Below, piece after piece: positions 1 through 10,122 of a stretch of DNA of 64,000 nucleotides. Every line of letters starts with the position of its first letter. Positions within the stretch are counted from its first letter, which is position 1. This DNA is from Terasakiella sp. GTDB taxonomy: Bacteria; Pseudomonadota; Alphaproteobacteria; Rhodospirillales; Terasakiellaceae. Position numbers and translations under genes: made by a program. Where the stretch lies: contig NZ_JBLWXN010000001.1 of assembly GCF_048267425.1 (NCBI RefSeq), forward strand, positions 101,966 to 165,965, written 5' to 3'. The notes under the pieces are model-generated. The model saw only the letters and a list, made by a program, of their open reading frames with translations. It was not told the DNA's origin and made no database searches.

Positions 1-1
1 C

Positions 2-430
2 ATGCGGGGGTTAAAAACGCTTTCCCTGCGCATGGATCGCCATTGTGAAAACGCCTATCACATTGCGCAAATGCTGGTGCAATCTTGCGCCGTTAAGTCG
101 GTTTATTATCCGGGATTGGAAACCGACCCGCATCACGAACTCGCCAAAAAACAAATGGCAAACTTTGGCGGAATGATCGCCTTTGAACTGGTCGGTGGCT
201 ATGAAGCCGGGATCATTTTGATGAACAAACTTAAGATGATCCATCGTGCTGTTTCGCTTGGCGATGCAGAAACCTTGATCCAGCATCCGGCCTCCATGAC
301 CCATTCGACCTATACGCCTGAAGAACGCGAAGCGCATGGCATTTCAGAAGGTCTGGTTCGTCTTTCTGTCGGCCTTGAAGATATTGAAGATATCCGCGCT
401 GATCTTGAACAAGCCATGAGTGGTTTATAA
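2..430 (+). CDS. megL: Methionine gamma-lyase, C-terminal part (5' end outside window)
   Basis: C-terminal RAVSLGDAETLIQHPASMTHSTYTPEER...GLVRLSVGLED closely matches P. putida MdeA/MGL (Cys/Met PLP family). Confidence 0.85.
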   Translation: MRGLKTLSLRMDRHCENAYHIAQMLVQSCAVKSVYYPGLETDPHHELAKKQMANFGGMIAFELVGGYEAGIILMNKLKMIHRAVSLGDAETLIQHPASMTHSTYTPEEREAHGISEGLVRLSVGLEDIEDIRADLEQAMSGL

Positions 431-456
431 ATAACGCAAAAGAACAGGAGGGCCTC

Positions 457-2811
457 ATGCCGACAGACATTCAACATCTCAAAACCATCGAACAACGTCT
501 TTTATGGTTATCACATTGGATGATCCATAATGCCAACAACCTGCGTCTCAAGGAAGATGGCCTGAAAGTCGGTGGGCATCAGGCATCCTCGGCTTCTTGT
601 GTATCCATCCTGACCGCCCTTTATTTCGCCACCTTAAAACCCGAAGACCGTGTGGCTGTAAAACCCCATGCCTCCCCCATTTTTCATGCCATGCAATATC
701 TGATGGGCAATCAGGATTTGGAACGCATGAAAAACTTTCGCGGTTTTGGTGGTGTGCAATCTTACCCGTCCCGGATCAAAGATATCGATGATGTCGATTT
801 TTCCACAGGTTCCGTTGGCTTAGGGGTTGCCATCACCACCTTTGCCTCCCTTGTTCAAGATTATATTCAGGCTAAAAAATGGGGCAAAGACCTGCCTTTA
901 GGTCGCATGATTTCGTTGGTGGGTGATGCGGAAATGGACGAAGGCAACATTTACGAAGCCCTGCAAGAAGGTTGGAAACACGATCTGCGCAATTGCTGGT
1001 GGATTGTGGATTATAACCGTCAATCACTGGACGGCGTGGTTTCCGAAGGATTATGGGAACGCATCATCGGTGTGTTTACTTCTTTTGGCTGGGATGTGGT
1101 TAAAATCAAATATGGCATCTTGCAGGAAGCTGCCTTCCAAAACCCGGGCGGGGAGCAACTCAAAGACTGGATTGATGCCTGTCCCAATCAGCTTTATTGC
1201 GCGCTGACCTATCAAGGCGGTGCGGTTTGGCGCAAACGCCTGCTCGACGATTTGGGTGATCAAGGCGATGTATCCGCCCTGATTGACAGTTACAGCGACA
1301 AAGAACTTGCCGAACTGATGGAAAATCTCGGTGGAAATTGCGTTGAAACCATGACAAACGTCTTTGCGGCCATCGACCATGACCGCCCGGTGTGTTTTCT
1401 GGCCTATACGGTTAAGGGATGGGGAACGCCGCTGGCCGGACATAAGGATAATCACGGCGGCTTTATGAACAAGACGCAAATGGCGGCTTGGCAAAAAGAC
1501 ATGGGCGTACCTGAAGGCCAAGAATGGGATAAGTTTGCCACGGTTGAAAACAGCACGGATTTACAAGCCTTTCTCGATCAGGTTCCTTTCTTTGCCAAAG
1601 GTCTGCGCCGTTACAGCGATAAAATAATCGATGCCCCCATGATCACGGTTTCAACAGATCGTGAAATCTCCACCCAAATGGCTTTTGGTAAAATTCTAGA
1701 TGAAATTTCAAAAAGCGATACGGAACTGGCAGAGCGTATTTTGACCACCTCCCCCGATGTCACAGGGACGACAAACTTGGGGCCGTGGGTCAATCGCCGC
1801 GGATTGTTTCATCGTCATGCCTTGGAAGATACTTTCCAGACGGAAAAAATCCCCTCTACCCAGAAATGGGCGTTCAACAAAGAAGGGCAACATATTGAAC
1901 TCGGCATTGCAGAAATGAACCTGTTTCTGCTGTTGGGCGCTGCGGGGCTGTCCCATTCCTTGTTCGGCAAACGCCTGCTACCGATCGGGACAGTCTATGA
2001 CCCGTTTGTTTGCCGGGGACTGGATGCGTTAAATTACGCTTGTTACCAAGATGCCCGTTTTATGATTGTCGGCACCCCATCCGGGATCACACTGGCCCCG
2101 GAAGGCGGGGCACATCAATCCATCGGCACACCCTTAATCGGCATGAGCCAAGATGGCTTGGCAGCATTTGAGCCAGCCTATATGGATGAACTGTCCATCA
2201 TTATGAACTGGGCCTTTACCTATATGCAAAAAGACGGCGAAGGCGACCCGGATGAACGGACATGGTTGCGCGACGAAACGGGAGGCTCTGTCTATCTGCG
2301 CCTAACCACCCGCTCAATAGAACAACCGGCCAAGCGTCTGGATGATGATTTCAAACAAGGCACCATTGACGGGGCCTATTGGTGGCGCAAACCTGGTCCC
2401 AATTGTGAATTGGTCATCGCCTATCAGGGGGCAGTTGCCCCCGAAGCCCTAGAGGCCGCGGGTTTCCTTGCCGCCCAACGCCGCGATATCGGAGTATTAG
2501 CCGTCACTTCTGCCGACCGCCTCAATGCAGGTTGGACAGCGGCACAAAGAGATCGCGCGCGTGGCAATCAAAACGCCACCTGCCATGTGGAACGTTTGCT
2601 GGGCGATTTACCCAAACATTGTGCGATCTTAACCGTTATCGACGGACATCCCGCAACCCTGTCATGGTTGGGCGCTGTTGCCGGTCATCGCACCATCCCG
2701 TTAGGTGTCGAACATTTCGGACAAACCGGAACCTTGCAAGATCTGTACAAACATTATGGCATTGATCGGGAAGGCATTATTCAACAAGCCCTCGGTGCCT
2801 TGCCACGTTAA
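457..2811 (+). CDS. TPP-dependent AceE-type 2-oxoacid dehydrogenase E1 / transketolase-like protein (MdeB-like, probable 2-oxobutyrate dehydrogenase E1)
   Basis: GGHQASSAS, TGSVGLG and the GDAEMDEG...DYN TPP-binding motif; SD ggagg upstream; 26 nt after megL. Confidence 0.75.
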   Translation: MPTDIQHLKTIEQRLLWLSHWMIHNANNLRLKEDGLKVGGHQASSASCVSILTALYFATLKPEDRVAVKPHASPIFHAMQYLMGNQDLERMKNFRGFGGVQSYPSRIKDIDDVDFSTGSVGLGVAITTFASLVQDYIQAKKWGKDLPLGRMISLVGDAEMDEGNIYEALQEGWKHDLRNCWWIVDYNRQSLDGVVSEGLWERIIGVFTSFGWDVVKIKYGILQEAAFQNPGGEQLKDWIDACPNQLYCALTYQGGAVWRKRLLDDLGDQGDVSALIDSYSDKELAELMENLGGNCVETMTNVFAAIDHDRPVCFLAYTVKGWGTPLAGHKDNHGGFMNKTQMAAWQKDMGVPEGQEWDKFATVENSTDLQAFLDQVPFFAKGLRRYSDKIIDAPMITVSTDREISTQMAFGKILDEISKSDTELAERILTTSPDVTGTTNLGPWVNRRGLFHRHALEDTFQTEKIPSTQKWAFNKEGQHIELGIAEMNLFLLLGAAGLSHSLFGKRLLPIGTVYDPFVCRGLDALNYACYQDARFMIVGTPSGITLAPEGGAHQSIGTPLIGMSQDGLAAFEPAYMDELSIIMNWAFTYMQKDGEGDPDERTWLRDETGGSVYLRLTTRSIEQPAKRLDDDFKQGTIDGAYWWRKPGPNCELVIAYQGAVAPEALEAAGFLAAQRRDIGVLAVTSADRLNAGWTAAQRDRARGNQNATCHVERLLGDLPKHCAILTVIDGHPATLSWLGAVAGHRTIPLGVEHFGQTGTLQDLYKHYGIDREGIIQQALGALPR

Positions 2812-2814
2812 CGC

Positions 2815-2856
2815 AAAAAACGGGCTTCTGCATTGAAACAGAAGCCCGTTTTTTTT
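2815..2856. terminator. Bidirectional intrinsic terminator
   Basis: aaaaaacgggcttctg-cattgaaa-cagaagcccgtttttttt between convergent genes. Confidence 0.9.
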
Positions 2857-2897
2857 GGACGTTTCCTTAAATAAGAAAAAAGGAAACTTATTATTTT

Positions 2898-3713
2898 TTA
2901 GTGAGACATCAAAACCGGAACGGTCATATGTTTGAGGATTTCACGCGTATTGCCGCCTTTTAACATATGTGACACACCGTAATGACCATGTGCCCCCATG
3001 ACGATCAGGTTCGATCCTTCATCTGCGGCATGAGAAAGAAGCAAATCAGTTACACTGGCCCCTTCCTGTTTGTCACGAACGGCCACCGCATTGATGTTGT
3101 ATTTTTCCAAATGTGTTACCAGATCATCCGCATCCGGACGTTTCACGCCTTCCTTCTGAATGGCATAAATTTCGACAACTTCAGACCCCACCATCATCGG
3201 AATTGCATCATTTAACGCACGCGCAGACTCGCGCCCGCCATTCCAAGCCACCAGACAACGCGACCCAACTTTGGGGAATTCCCCGGCAAACGGAATAACC
3301 AGCGCCGGACGACCACTGTGAATGATCACATTTTCAGCCAGATCGGACGGAATGCCCTTATAATTTTTCGACCAGTCATATTGACCGAGAATGGCAAGAT
3401 CACTGGTGCGCGCCGCCCATGTAATCGCCTGAATAACTTGTGCATGGGACGTACAAAGCACATTCTTTGTTGTGCAAGACACATTGGCGGCGTCTGCTTC
3501 TGCCAAAAAGGCTTTTTCAGCATCATCAGCCAAAGCGCGCAATTTATCCCCCACGGGGTGACGCCCGACAATCGCGGACATTTCCGGGTCGGTTTGACAG
3601 AATAAGGCTGTCACATGTGCTTTTCCATCTTTCGCCAAATCCAAAGCGATCTTGACACGTTTTGCGCATTGCTCCGTTGCATCGAGGTGCAATAAAATAT
3701 GCTTGAATGGCAT
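2898..3713 (-). CDS. Universal stress protein (tandem USP domains)
   Basis: FKHILLHLD, GRPALVIP, VAWNGGRESARA and LIVMGAHGH motifs. Confidence 0.9.
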   Translation of the reverse strand: MPFKHILLHLDATEQCAKRVKIALDLAKDGKAHVTALFCQTDPEMSAIVGRHPVGDKLRALADDAEKAFLAEADAANVSCTTKNVLCTSHAQVIQAITWAARTSDLAILGQYDWSKNYKGIPSDLAENVIIHSGRPALVIPFAGEFPKVGSRCLVAWNGGRESARALNDAIPMMVGSEVVEIYAIQKEGVKRPDADDLVTHLEKYNINAVAVRDKQEGASVTDLLLSHAADEGSNLIVMGAHGHYGVSHMLKGGNTREILKHMTVPVLMSH

Positions 3714-3922
3714 GAGTTCTAAACCTTCCCTGAATTGCCTTATAAATTTCGTTCATTCTGCCTACCATAGCTCTGTATGAGAGTGGCGGATTTTTTCATT
3801 TTTTCCAAGCTTTTACTAAAATTTAACAAGACCTTCACATTTCTTTGCAATTGCATATCGACAATAACTCTTTGAATGTGGCAATACTGGATATCAACAC
3901 TTAAACACACGGGGTAAATGAT

Positions 3923-4357
3923 GTGACGGCTTTTGTAAATGACGCAGCCCTTTTTACGGTGAGCCAAAAAGCGATTCTGAAAGATAAAAAAGGTCGCATT
4001 TTGATGATGGAGAAAACCGGCAAAGGCCATTGGGACCTGCCTGGCGGAAAACTGGACGAAGGCGAAGATATGGTCGCCGGTCTGGAGCGTGAAATCATTG
4101 AAGAAACCCACCTGCACAAAGTCCACGTCGGTCAAATCATTTACGCCGGACGTCGCAGTTTTGAAGAAGTCGGCAAACCGGAACGGGTTATGTTGTTCTA
4201 TCTCTGTGAATGCGATCAAAAATTTGAAAAAATCAAGCTGTCCGACGAACATAATGAATGGCGTTTATTAAGTGCTGATGACATCAAGGATCAAAAGAAA
4301 TACGAAATCAATCCGGTTGTTCGAGCTGCGCTGAAAGTCGCTTTTGCTCTTAAATAA
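3923..4357 (+). CDS. NUDIX hydrolase
   Basis: Nudix box GGKLDEGEDMVAGLEREIIEETHL; GTG start. Confidence 0.88.
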   Translation: MTAFVNDAALFTVSQKAILKDKKGRILMMEKTGKGHWDLPGGKLDEGEDMVAGLEREIIEETHLHKVHVGQIIYAGRRSFEEVGKPERVMLFYLCECDQKFEKIKLSDEHNEWRLLSADDIKDQKKYEINPVVRAALKVAFALK

Positions 4358-4388
4358 AAGTCCTAACTCACTTCGGGGGAAGGTTGCT

Positions 4389-4901
4389 ATGTCCAATATG
4401 ATGGAAATCGAACGCAAGTTTCTGGTTACCGGGAACGGTTGGAAAAATGAAGCTCGTGCCAAAAAAATCTCGCAAGGCTATATCAGCAAAGACAATCAGT
4501 GTGTGGTGCGTGTGCGCAGCAAAGGCAATAAATCTTTCCTGACCATCAAGGCAGACCGCGGTGATATCCAGCGCCTTGAATTTGAATATGAAATTCCACA
4601 CGAAGACTGTGCCATGATGCTGGACCAGTTGTGCGGCGATGCCATTTCCAAAACCCGCTACACCTTCGATTATGCAGGCAACACGTGGGAGATAGACGAG
4701 TTCCACGGGGTAAATGACGGTCTGATCATGGCCGAGATTGAACTGGATACACCGGATCAAGTGTTTGAAAAACCCGACTGGGTGGGACCGGAAGTCAGTG
4801 CCGATGAACGATTTTTCAATTCCTATATTGCCGAACATCCCTTTTCCACATGGGGGGTGAGCTTTGGCGACCTTGTAAGCGAATTTCAAGCCAAGGAATA
4901 A
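4389..4901 (+). CDS. CYTH domain protein (triphosphate tunnel metalloenzyme)
   Basis: MEIERKFLV (ExExK), QGY, VRVR, EFEYEI, WEIDEF, AEIEL; start moved to ATG 4389. Confidence 0.9.
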   Translation: MSNMMEIERKFLVTGNGWKNEARAKKISQGYISKDNQCVVRVRSKGNKSFLTIKADRGDIQRLEFEYEIPHEDCAMMLDQLCGDAISKTRYTFDYAGNTWEIDEFHGVNDGLIMAEIELDTPDQVFEKPDWVGPEVSADERFFNSYIAEHPFSTWGVSFGDLVSEFQAKE

Positions 4902-4976
4902 CACCCGCCATATTGTCATCGTAAACCATCCCTTAACTCTCTTGATCTAGACTCCATCACAACTCCGACTCTATCT

Positions 4977-7367
4977 ATGGACCAAGAGAGACACGAGATG
5001 GCCCGAACCATGACAAAATCGCAACGCACACCCTTATTGCCCGCAGGTGCCAAAGAATTTTTGGTAAAACGCATTATCGAATTATGCGGCCTCCTTTTAG
5101 GGGCTTGTGCGATTATGCTTGCGCTAATTCTTGCCAGCTACACACCGGGTGATCCGTCGTGGAACAGCGCCTCTCCCCATGAAGTACAAAACATAATGGG
5201 ACCGATTGGCGCCTATATGGCTGACATTATGGTGCAATCTTTTGGGCTGGCCTGTGTGGTCCCCGTTCTGGTTCTATTTTCATGGGCGTGGCGCATCACG
5301 TCCAAACAGATGGTTTCAAACCTGTGGATGCGTTTAATCATACTTTGTAGTGCCGCCTTTTTACTGGCCATTTCCCTAAACGCCGTTCCAACACCTGATA
5401 CATGGCCGCTACGCAGCGGTCTGGGCGGTGTCGCCGGCATGATCTTAACTCATCGTCTTATCTCGTTTCTGACATGGATCGGCGTGCCTGACCTTGCTCT
5501 CATTCAATTGGGGATCGCTGCATTTTGCGGAATTTCCGGTATTCTGTCACTGCTGTATGGCCTCGCCTTATCGCGCTCTGAATGGACACAAGTCGGTCAA
5601 GGTGTCGGCAATGTCGCCAAGGGGACACTGCAAGGATCCGTTGTTGCCGTTCGCAAAGGCGTCGGTGTCCTGCAACGCACCAAACTGGAAGACATGATTG
5701 AAGAGGAAAGCGGGATTGAAGACGAGGAACCCGTTTTAAAACGCAAACGCAGTGCCAAAAAAATCAAAGCACCGGAAGAAGAAGTCTCCCTGCCCAAAAA
5801 ATCACAAAAAGCCAAACAACAAACGCTTGTCCTGTCCCCGGACAGTTACAATTTTCCACCTCTGGATCTTCTAACCGAAGCTACTCCGGCCCAAAAGGCT
5901 GCAGGCAAAATCGACCGCGCCGCCCTTGAACATAATGCCGAACTGCTGGAACAGGTTTTAGAAGACTTTGGCGTAAAAGGGGAGATTGTCGAGGTCCGCC
6001 CCGGTCCTGTGGTTACCCTTTACGAACTGGAACCAGCCGCCGGAACCAAAACATCCCGCGTTATTTCACTGGCAGACGATATCGCCCGGTCCATGAGTGC
6101 GATTTCCGTTCGCATCGCGGTTGTCCCAGGGCGCAGCGTCATCGGTATTGAACTGCCCAACGCAAAACGCGAAACCGTTTATCTACGCACCCTTTTGGAA
6201 TCTCCCAGCTTCGACAACCCGAAAGCCTCCCTCAACATGGCGTTGGGTGTGGATATCGGCGGATCACCCGTCATGGCGGATCTAGCACGCATGCCGCACC
6301 TTTTGGTCGCCGGGACAACCGGTTCCGGTAAGTCCGTTGGGGTCAATACCATGATCCTGTCCATGCTTTATCGCATGACACCGGAACAATGTAAGTTCAT
6401 TATGATTGATCCGAAAATGCTGGAATTGTCCGTTTATGATGGTATCCCGCATCTGTTGTCCCCGGTTGTCACCGAACCGGGCAAAGCCGTCATGGCGTTG
6501 AAATGGTGTGTGCAAGAAATGAACGAACGTTACCGCCTGATGTCAAACCTTGGGGTGCGTAACATTTCCGGCTATAATGCAAAGCTGGAAGAAAGCCGCA
6601 AAAAAGGTGAAGTCCTCACCCGGCGTGTTCAAACCGGATTTGACCCGGAAACCGGCAAGCCAATTTTTGAAGAACAGCCGCTGGATATGGACGCCCTGCC
6701 GTTCCTTGTCATTATCGTCGATGAATTCGCAGACTTGATGTTGATGGTCGGCAAAGAAATTGATGCCTGCATTCAATCCCTTGCCCAAAAAGCTCGTGCC
6801 GCCGGTATTCATTTGATCATGGCAACCCAGCGTCCGTCTGTTGACGTGATGACCGGCACGATCAAAGCTAACTTCCCGTCGCGGATCAGTTTCACCGTCA
6901 CCACCAAAATCGACAGCCGCACCATTCTGGAAAGTCAAGGTGCGGAACAGCTGCTTGGGATGGGGGATATGTTGTTTAAACCGGGTGGCGGACAAATTTC
7001 GCGGGTTCACGGCCCCTTTGCCTCGGATGAAGAGGTAGAAGAAGTCGTCAATCACCTGAAAAGACAAGGCGAACCCAAATATCTCGATGCGGTCACCGAA
7101 GAAAGTGACGAACCCATTGACGGCCTTGTCATGCCCGCCGGCAGTGTCGGTGGCAATACCTCCAGCGGGGATGCGTTGTATGATCAGGCGGTTCAAATCT
7201 GTATTCAGGACGGCAAAGCCTCGACCAGCCACATTCAACGCCGTCTCAGCATCGGTTATAACCGGGCGGCCCGCATCGTTGATCAAATGGAAGAAGACGG
7301 CATCGTCTCCGCCCCCGACCGGGTTGGACGCCGTAAAATCCTCGCCGGGAAAGATGGTGTCGAATAA
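4977..7367 (+). CDS. ftsK: DNA translocase FtsK
   Basis: N-terminal TM segments, Walker A GTTGSGKS, ATQRPSVDV, gamma domain QRRLSIGYNRAA. Confidence 0.96.
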   Translation: MDQERHEMARTMTKSQRTPLLPAGAKEFLVKRIIELCGLLLGACAIMLALILASYTPGDPSWNSASPHEVQNIMGPIGAYMADIMVQSFGLACVVPVLVLFSWAWRITSKQMVSNLWMRLIILCSAAFLLAISLNAVPTPDTWPLRSGLGGVAGMILTHRLISFLTWIGVPDLALIQLGIAAFCGISGILSLLYGLALSRSEWTQVGQGVGNVAKGTLQGSVVAVRKGVGVLQRTKLEDMIEEESGIEDEEPVLKRKRSAKKIKAPEEEVSLPKKSQKAKQQTLVLSPDSYNFPPLDLLTEATPAQKAAGKIDRAALEHNAELLEQVLEDFGVKGEIVEVRPGPVVTLYELEPAAGTKTSRVISLADDIARSMSAISVRIAVVPGRSVIGIELPNAKRETVYLRTLLESPSFDNPKASLNMALGVDIGGSPVMADLARMPHLLVAGTTGSGKSVGVNTMILSMLYRMTPEQCKFIMIDPKMLELSVYDGIPHLLSPVVTEPGKAVMALKWCVQEMNERYRLMSNLGVRNISGYNAKLEESRKKGEVLTRRVQTGFDPETGKPIFEEQPLDMDALPFLVIIVDEFADLMLMVGKEIDACIQSLAQKARAAGIHLIMATQRPSVDVMTGTIKANFPSRISFTVTTKIDSRTILESQGAEQLLGMGDMLFKPGGGQISRVHGPFASDEEVEEVVNHLKRQGEPKYLDAVTEESDEPIDGLVMPAGSVGGNTSSGDALYDQAVQICIQDGKASTSHIQRRLSIGYNRAARIVDQMEEDGIVSAPDRVGRRKILAGKDGVE

Positions 7368-7404
7368 AAAGGCGGGTTCTTGCCGATCTTATGATGTTTC
7401 AAGA

Positions 7405-7474
7405 TTGACTCAACGGGTCGTTTCCTGTACTACCCGCCCACTTACGTCGCTGGCACCCCTGGAGGCCAGATGAC
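7405..7474 (+). promoter_or_regulatory. rplY promoter and leader hairpin
   Basis: TTGACT-17-TACTAC followed by GC-rich ccgccc; hairpin gtc-g-ctggc/gccag-at-gac at 7446-7474. Confidence 0.6.
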
Positions 7475-7507
7475 ACTCAATGTAACAAAATTTTAAGGAA
7501 TAAGTTT

Positions 7508-8128
7508 ATGAGCTATGTTCTGAACGCACAAAAGCGCGAGACAGCCGGCAAGGGGGCAGCCCGCGCAATCCGTCGTGAAGGCCTCGTACCGGCCGTTATC
7601 TACGGTGACAAAAAAGACCCTGTCAGCATTTCCCTGAGCCCGAAAGAACTGTGGCTGCAACTGCACACAGGTCAAACTTTCTTCGCTTCCACTGGTGAAA
7701 TCCAGATCGGTAAAACCAAAGAAACTGTCATCTGCCGTGATGTTCAGTTCCACCCGGTCACAGATGCACCGATGCACGCCGACTTCCTGCGTTTGGCAAA
7801 AGACGCGTCTATCGTTGTTGCGATCCCGGTTACCTTCGTAAACGAAGAAAAATCCGACGGCATCAAACGTGGCGGCGTTCTCAACGTTGTACGTCACGAG
7901 ATCGAATGTGAAGTTCCGGCAAATGCTATTCCGGAAAGCATCGAAGTTGACTTGACGGGTACTTCTGTTGGGGACTCTATCCACATTTCCGCAGTTTCCC
8001 TGCCCAAAGGTGTTGAGCCGACCATTACAGACCGTGACTTCACTATCTGCTCTATCGCAGCACCGTCTTCCGGTGAGAAAGCGGCAGTAGAAAGCGAAGA
8101 AGAGTCTGAAGAAGAAGCTGAAGCATAA
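7508..8128 (+). CDS. rplY: 50S ribosomal protein L25/Ctc
   Basis: GKGAARAIRREGLVPAVIYG, DVQFHPV, HADF, C-terminal CTC domain. Confidence 0.96.
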   Translation: MSYVLNAQKRETAGKGAARAIRREGLVPAVIYGDKKDPVSISLSPKELWLQLHTGQTFFASTGEIQIGKTKETVICRDVQFHPVTDAPMHADFLRLAKDASIVVAIPVTFVNEEKSDGIKRGGVLNVVRHEIECEVPANAIPESIEVDLTGTSVGDSIHISAVSLPKGVEPTITDRDFTICSIAAPSSGEKAAVESEEESEEEAEA

Positions 8129-8139
8129 GGCAACTTCCT

Positions 8140-8829
8140 ATGATTTTGTTGGTCGGACTAGGCAACCCAGGTGGGAAATACGCCAAAAATCGACACAACA
8201 TCGGATTTATGGCGCTGGACGAAATCGTTCGGCGCCATTCCTTTGGGCCGTGGCGTTCGAAATTCCAAGGCCAAATGTGCGAAGGTACTATTGAGGGCAC
8301 CAAAGTCCTCGCCCTCATGCCTGAAACATTTATGAATGAGTCGGGCCGTTCTGTCAGCGCAGCCGCACGCTTTTACAAAATTGCTCCCGAACAAATCGTT
8401 GTGATGCACGACGAACTTGATCTCGCCTTCACAAAAATCAAAGTTAAAATTGGTGGTGGTCACGGCGGCCATAACGGCCTGCGTTCCATTGATGCCCATA
8501 TGGGCATCAATTATAAACGCGTGCGCTTAGGGATCGGTCATCCCGGTTCCAAAGAAAAAGTCCACGGATATGTTCTCGGTGATTTTGCGAAGGCAGAAGA
8601 AGACGCCCGTGATAAAATGCTGGATGGGGTTGCCCATCATATCGGTCATGTCATCAACGATGCAGATACGGAATTTATGAACCGTTATGCCCTTGATATG
8701 CGTCCACAGCGCCCCAACAAACCAAAAACGCCCGCACAAGACGGTGCACAACCGTCTTCGGTCAAAAATGTAAATAAAGACGACGACAACGCCTCCCCTT
8801 TTGCTGTTTTAAAGAAGCTGATAGACTAA
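8140..8829 (+). CDS. pth: Peptidyl-tRNA hydrolase
   Basis: VGLGNPG..Y..NRHNIGF, HDELD, GGHNGLRS. Confidence 0.97.
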   Translation: MILLVGLGNPGGKYAKNRHNIGFMALDEIVRRHSFGPWRSKFQGQMCEGTIEGTKVLALMPETFMNESGRSVSAAARFYKIAPEQIVVMHDELDLAFTKIKVKIGGGHGGHNGLRSIDAHMGINYKRVRLGIGHPGSKEKVHGYVLGDFAKAEEDARDKMLDGVAHHIGHVINDADTEFMNRYALDMRPQRPNKPKTPAQDGAQPSSVKNVNKDDDNASPFAVLKKLID

Positions 8830-8945
8830 TTTAGATTCTTTTTGACCAGCTTTCCCTGCAAAATAGACGTTTGGCTTGACCTTTCTTGCGTGGCGCGCTA
8901 TCCGCATTGCCAACGGTTTTCTATTTTTTCTTAGGATGAACTCCA

Positions 8946-10049
8946 ATGGGTTTTAACTGCGGTATCGTCGGCCTGCCTAACGTCGGCAAATCAACCTTGT
9001 TTAACGCGCTGACATCAACAGCAGCAGCCGAAGCGGCCAACTTTCCGTTTTGTACAATCGAACCAAACTCCGGGCGGGTCGGTGTGCCTGATGAACGCCT
9101 CGACAAACTAGCCGCGATTGCCGGGTCCGGTAAAATCATCCCGACACAACTGGAATTCGTCGATATCGCTGGCTTGGTGCGCGGGGCCTCCAAAGGCGAA
9201 GGACTGGGCAACCAGTTCCTTGGCAATATCCGCGAAGTTGATGCCATCATCCACGTCCTGCGCTGTTTCGAAGATGAAAACATCACCCATGTCGACAATA
9301 CAATCGATCCTTTGCGCGATGCGGAAACCGTTGAAACTGAATTGATGCTGTCGGACTTGGAAAGTCTGGAAAAACGCGAACAAGCTCTGATCAAAAAAGC
9401 CCGTGGTCAGGACAAAGACGCCAAAGCAACACTGGAATTGGTCGGACGCTGCCTTGAAGTCTTGCGCGAAGGTCAGCCGGCCCGCATTGTGGAGCGCCGC
9501 GATGACGAAGAGGAAAAACTCTTCCAGATGCTGCAATTGCTGACCTCCAAACCCGTCCTTTACGTCTGCAACGTCGAAGAAGACAGCGCGGCAGAAGGCA
9601 ATTCCATCTCGGCCAAAGTTTTTGAAAAAGCCGCCGCCGAAGGCGCACGCGCCGTTGTGATTTCTGCCCAAATCGAAGAAGAAGTTTCTAAACTGGACAG
9701 CGACGAAGAAAAAGCGGAATTTCTGGAAAGTCTCGGCCTTGAAGAAACCGGCCTCGCCCGCGTCATTCGTGAAGGCTACAAACTTCTGGAACTGCTGACC
9801 TTCTTCACCGTTGGCCCGAAAGAAGCCCGCGCCTGGACCGTACAGACAGGGGCCAAAGCCCCGCAAGCAGCAGGCGTCATCCATACGGATTTCGAGCGCG
9901 GCTTCATTAAAGCTGAAACCATCGCCTATGATGACTATATCGCCTGTAACGGTGAAACCGGGGCCAAAGAAAACGGTAAGATGCGTCAAGAAGGTAAAGA
10001 ATATGTGGTGAAAGACGGCGACGTCTTCCACTTCCGCTTCAACGTGTAA
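8946..10049 (+). CDS. ychF: Redox-regulated ATPase YchF
   Basis: GIVGLPNVGKST, NFPFCTIEPN, DIAGLV, C-terminal TGS domain. Confidence 0.97.
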   Translation: MGFNCGIVGLPNVGKSTLFNALTSTAAAEAANFPFCTIEPNSGRVGVPDERLDKLAAIAGSGKIIPTQLEFVDIAGLVRGASKGEGLGNQFLGNIREVDAIIHVLRCFEDENITHVDNTIDPLRDAETVETELMLSDLESLEKREQALIKKARGQDKDAKATLELVGRCLEVLREGQPARIVERRDDEEEKLFQMLQLLTSKPVLYVCNVEEDSAAEGNSISAKVFEKAAAEGARAVVISAQIEEEVSKLDSDEEKAEFLESLGLEETGLARVIREGYKLLELLTFFTVGPKEARAWTVQTGAKAPQAAGVIHTDFERGFIKAETIAYDDYIACNGETGAKENGKMRQEGKEYVVKDGDVFHFRFNV

Positions 10050-10122
10050 TAAATAATTATTGATCAACTAAAAAAGATAAAGCACAATTCCCCCCAGTCA
10101 TCCTGCACTTTCGGAGGGAATT

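Noticed and set aside
3714-3922. FNR/FixK box upstream of the universal stress protein
   Set aside because: No TTGAT-N4-ATCAA match found; only a short tgcaattgca palindrome.
3918-3926. ATG-ATG-TGA mini-ORF overlapping the NUDIX GTG start
   Set aside because: Probably incidental; the gggg SD spacing fits the GTG equally well.
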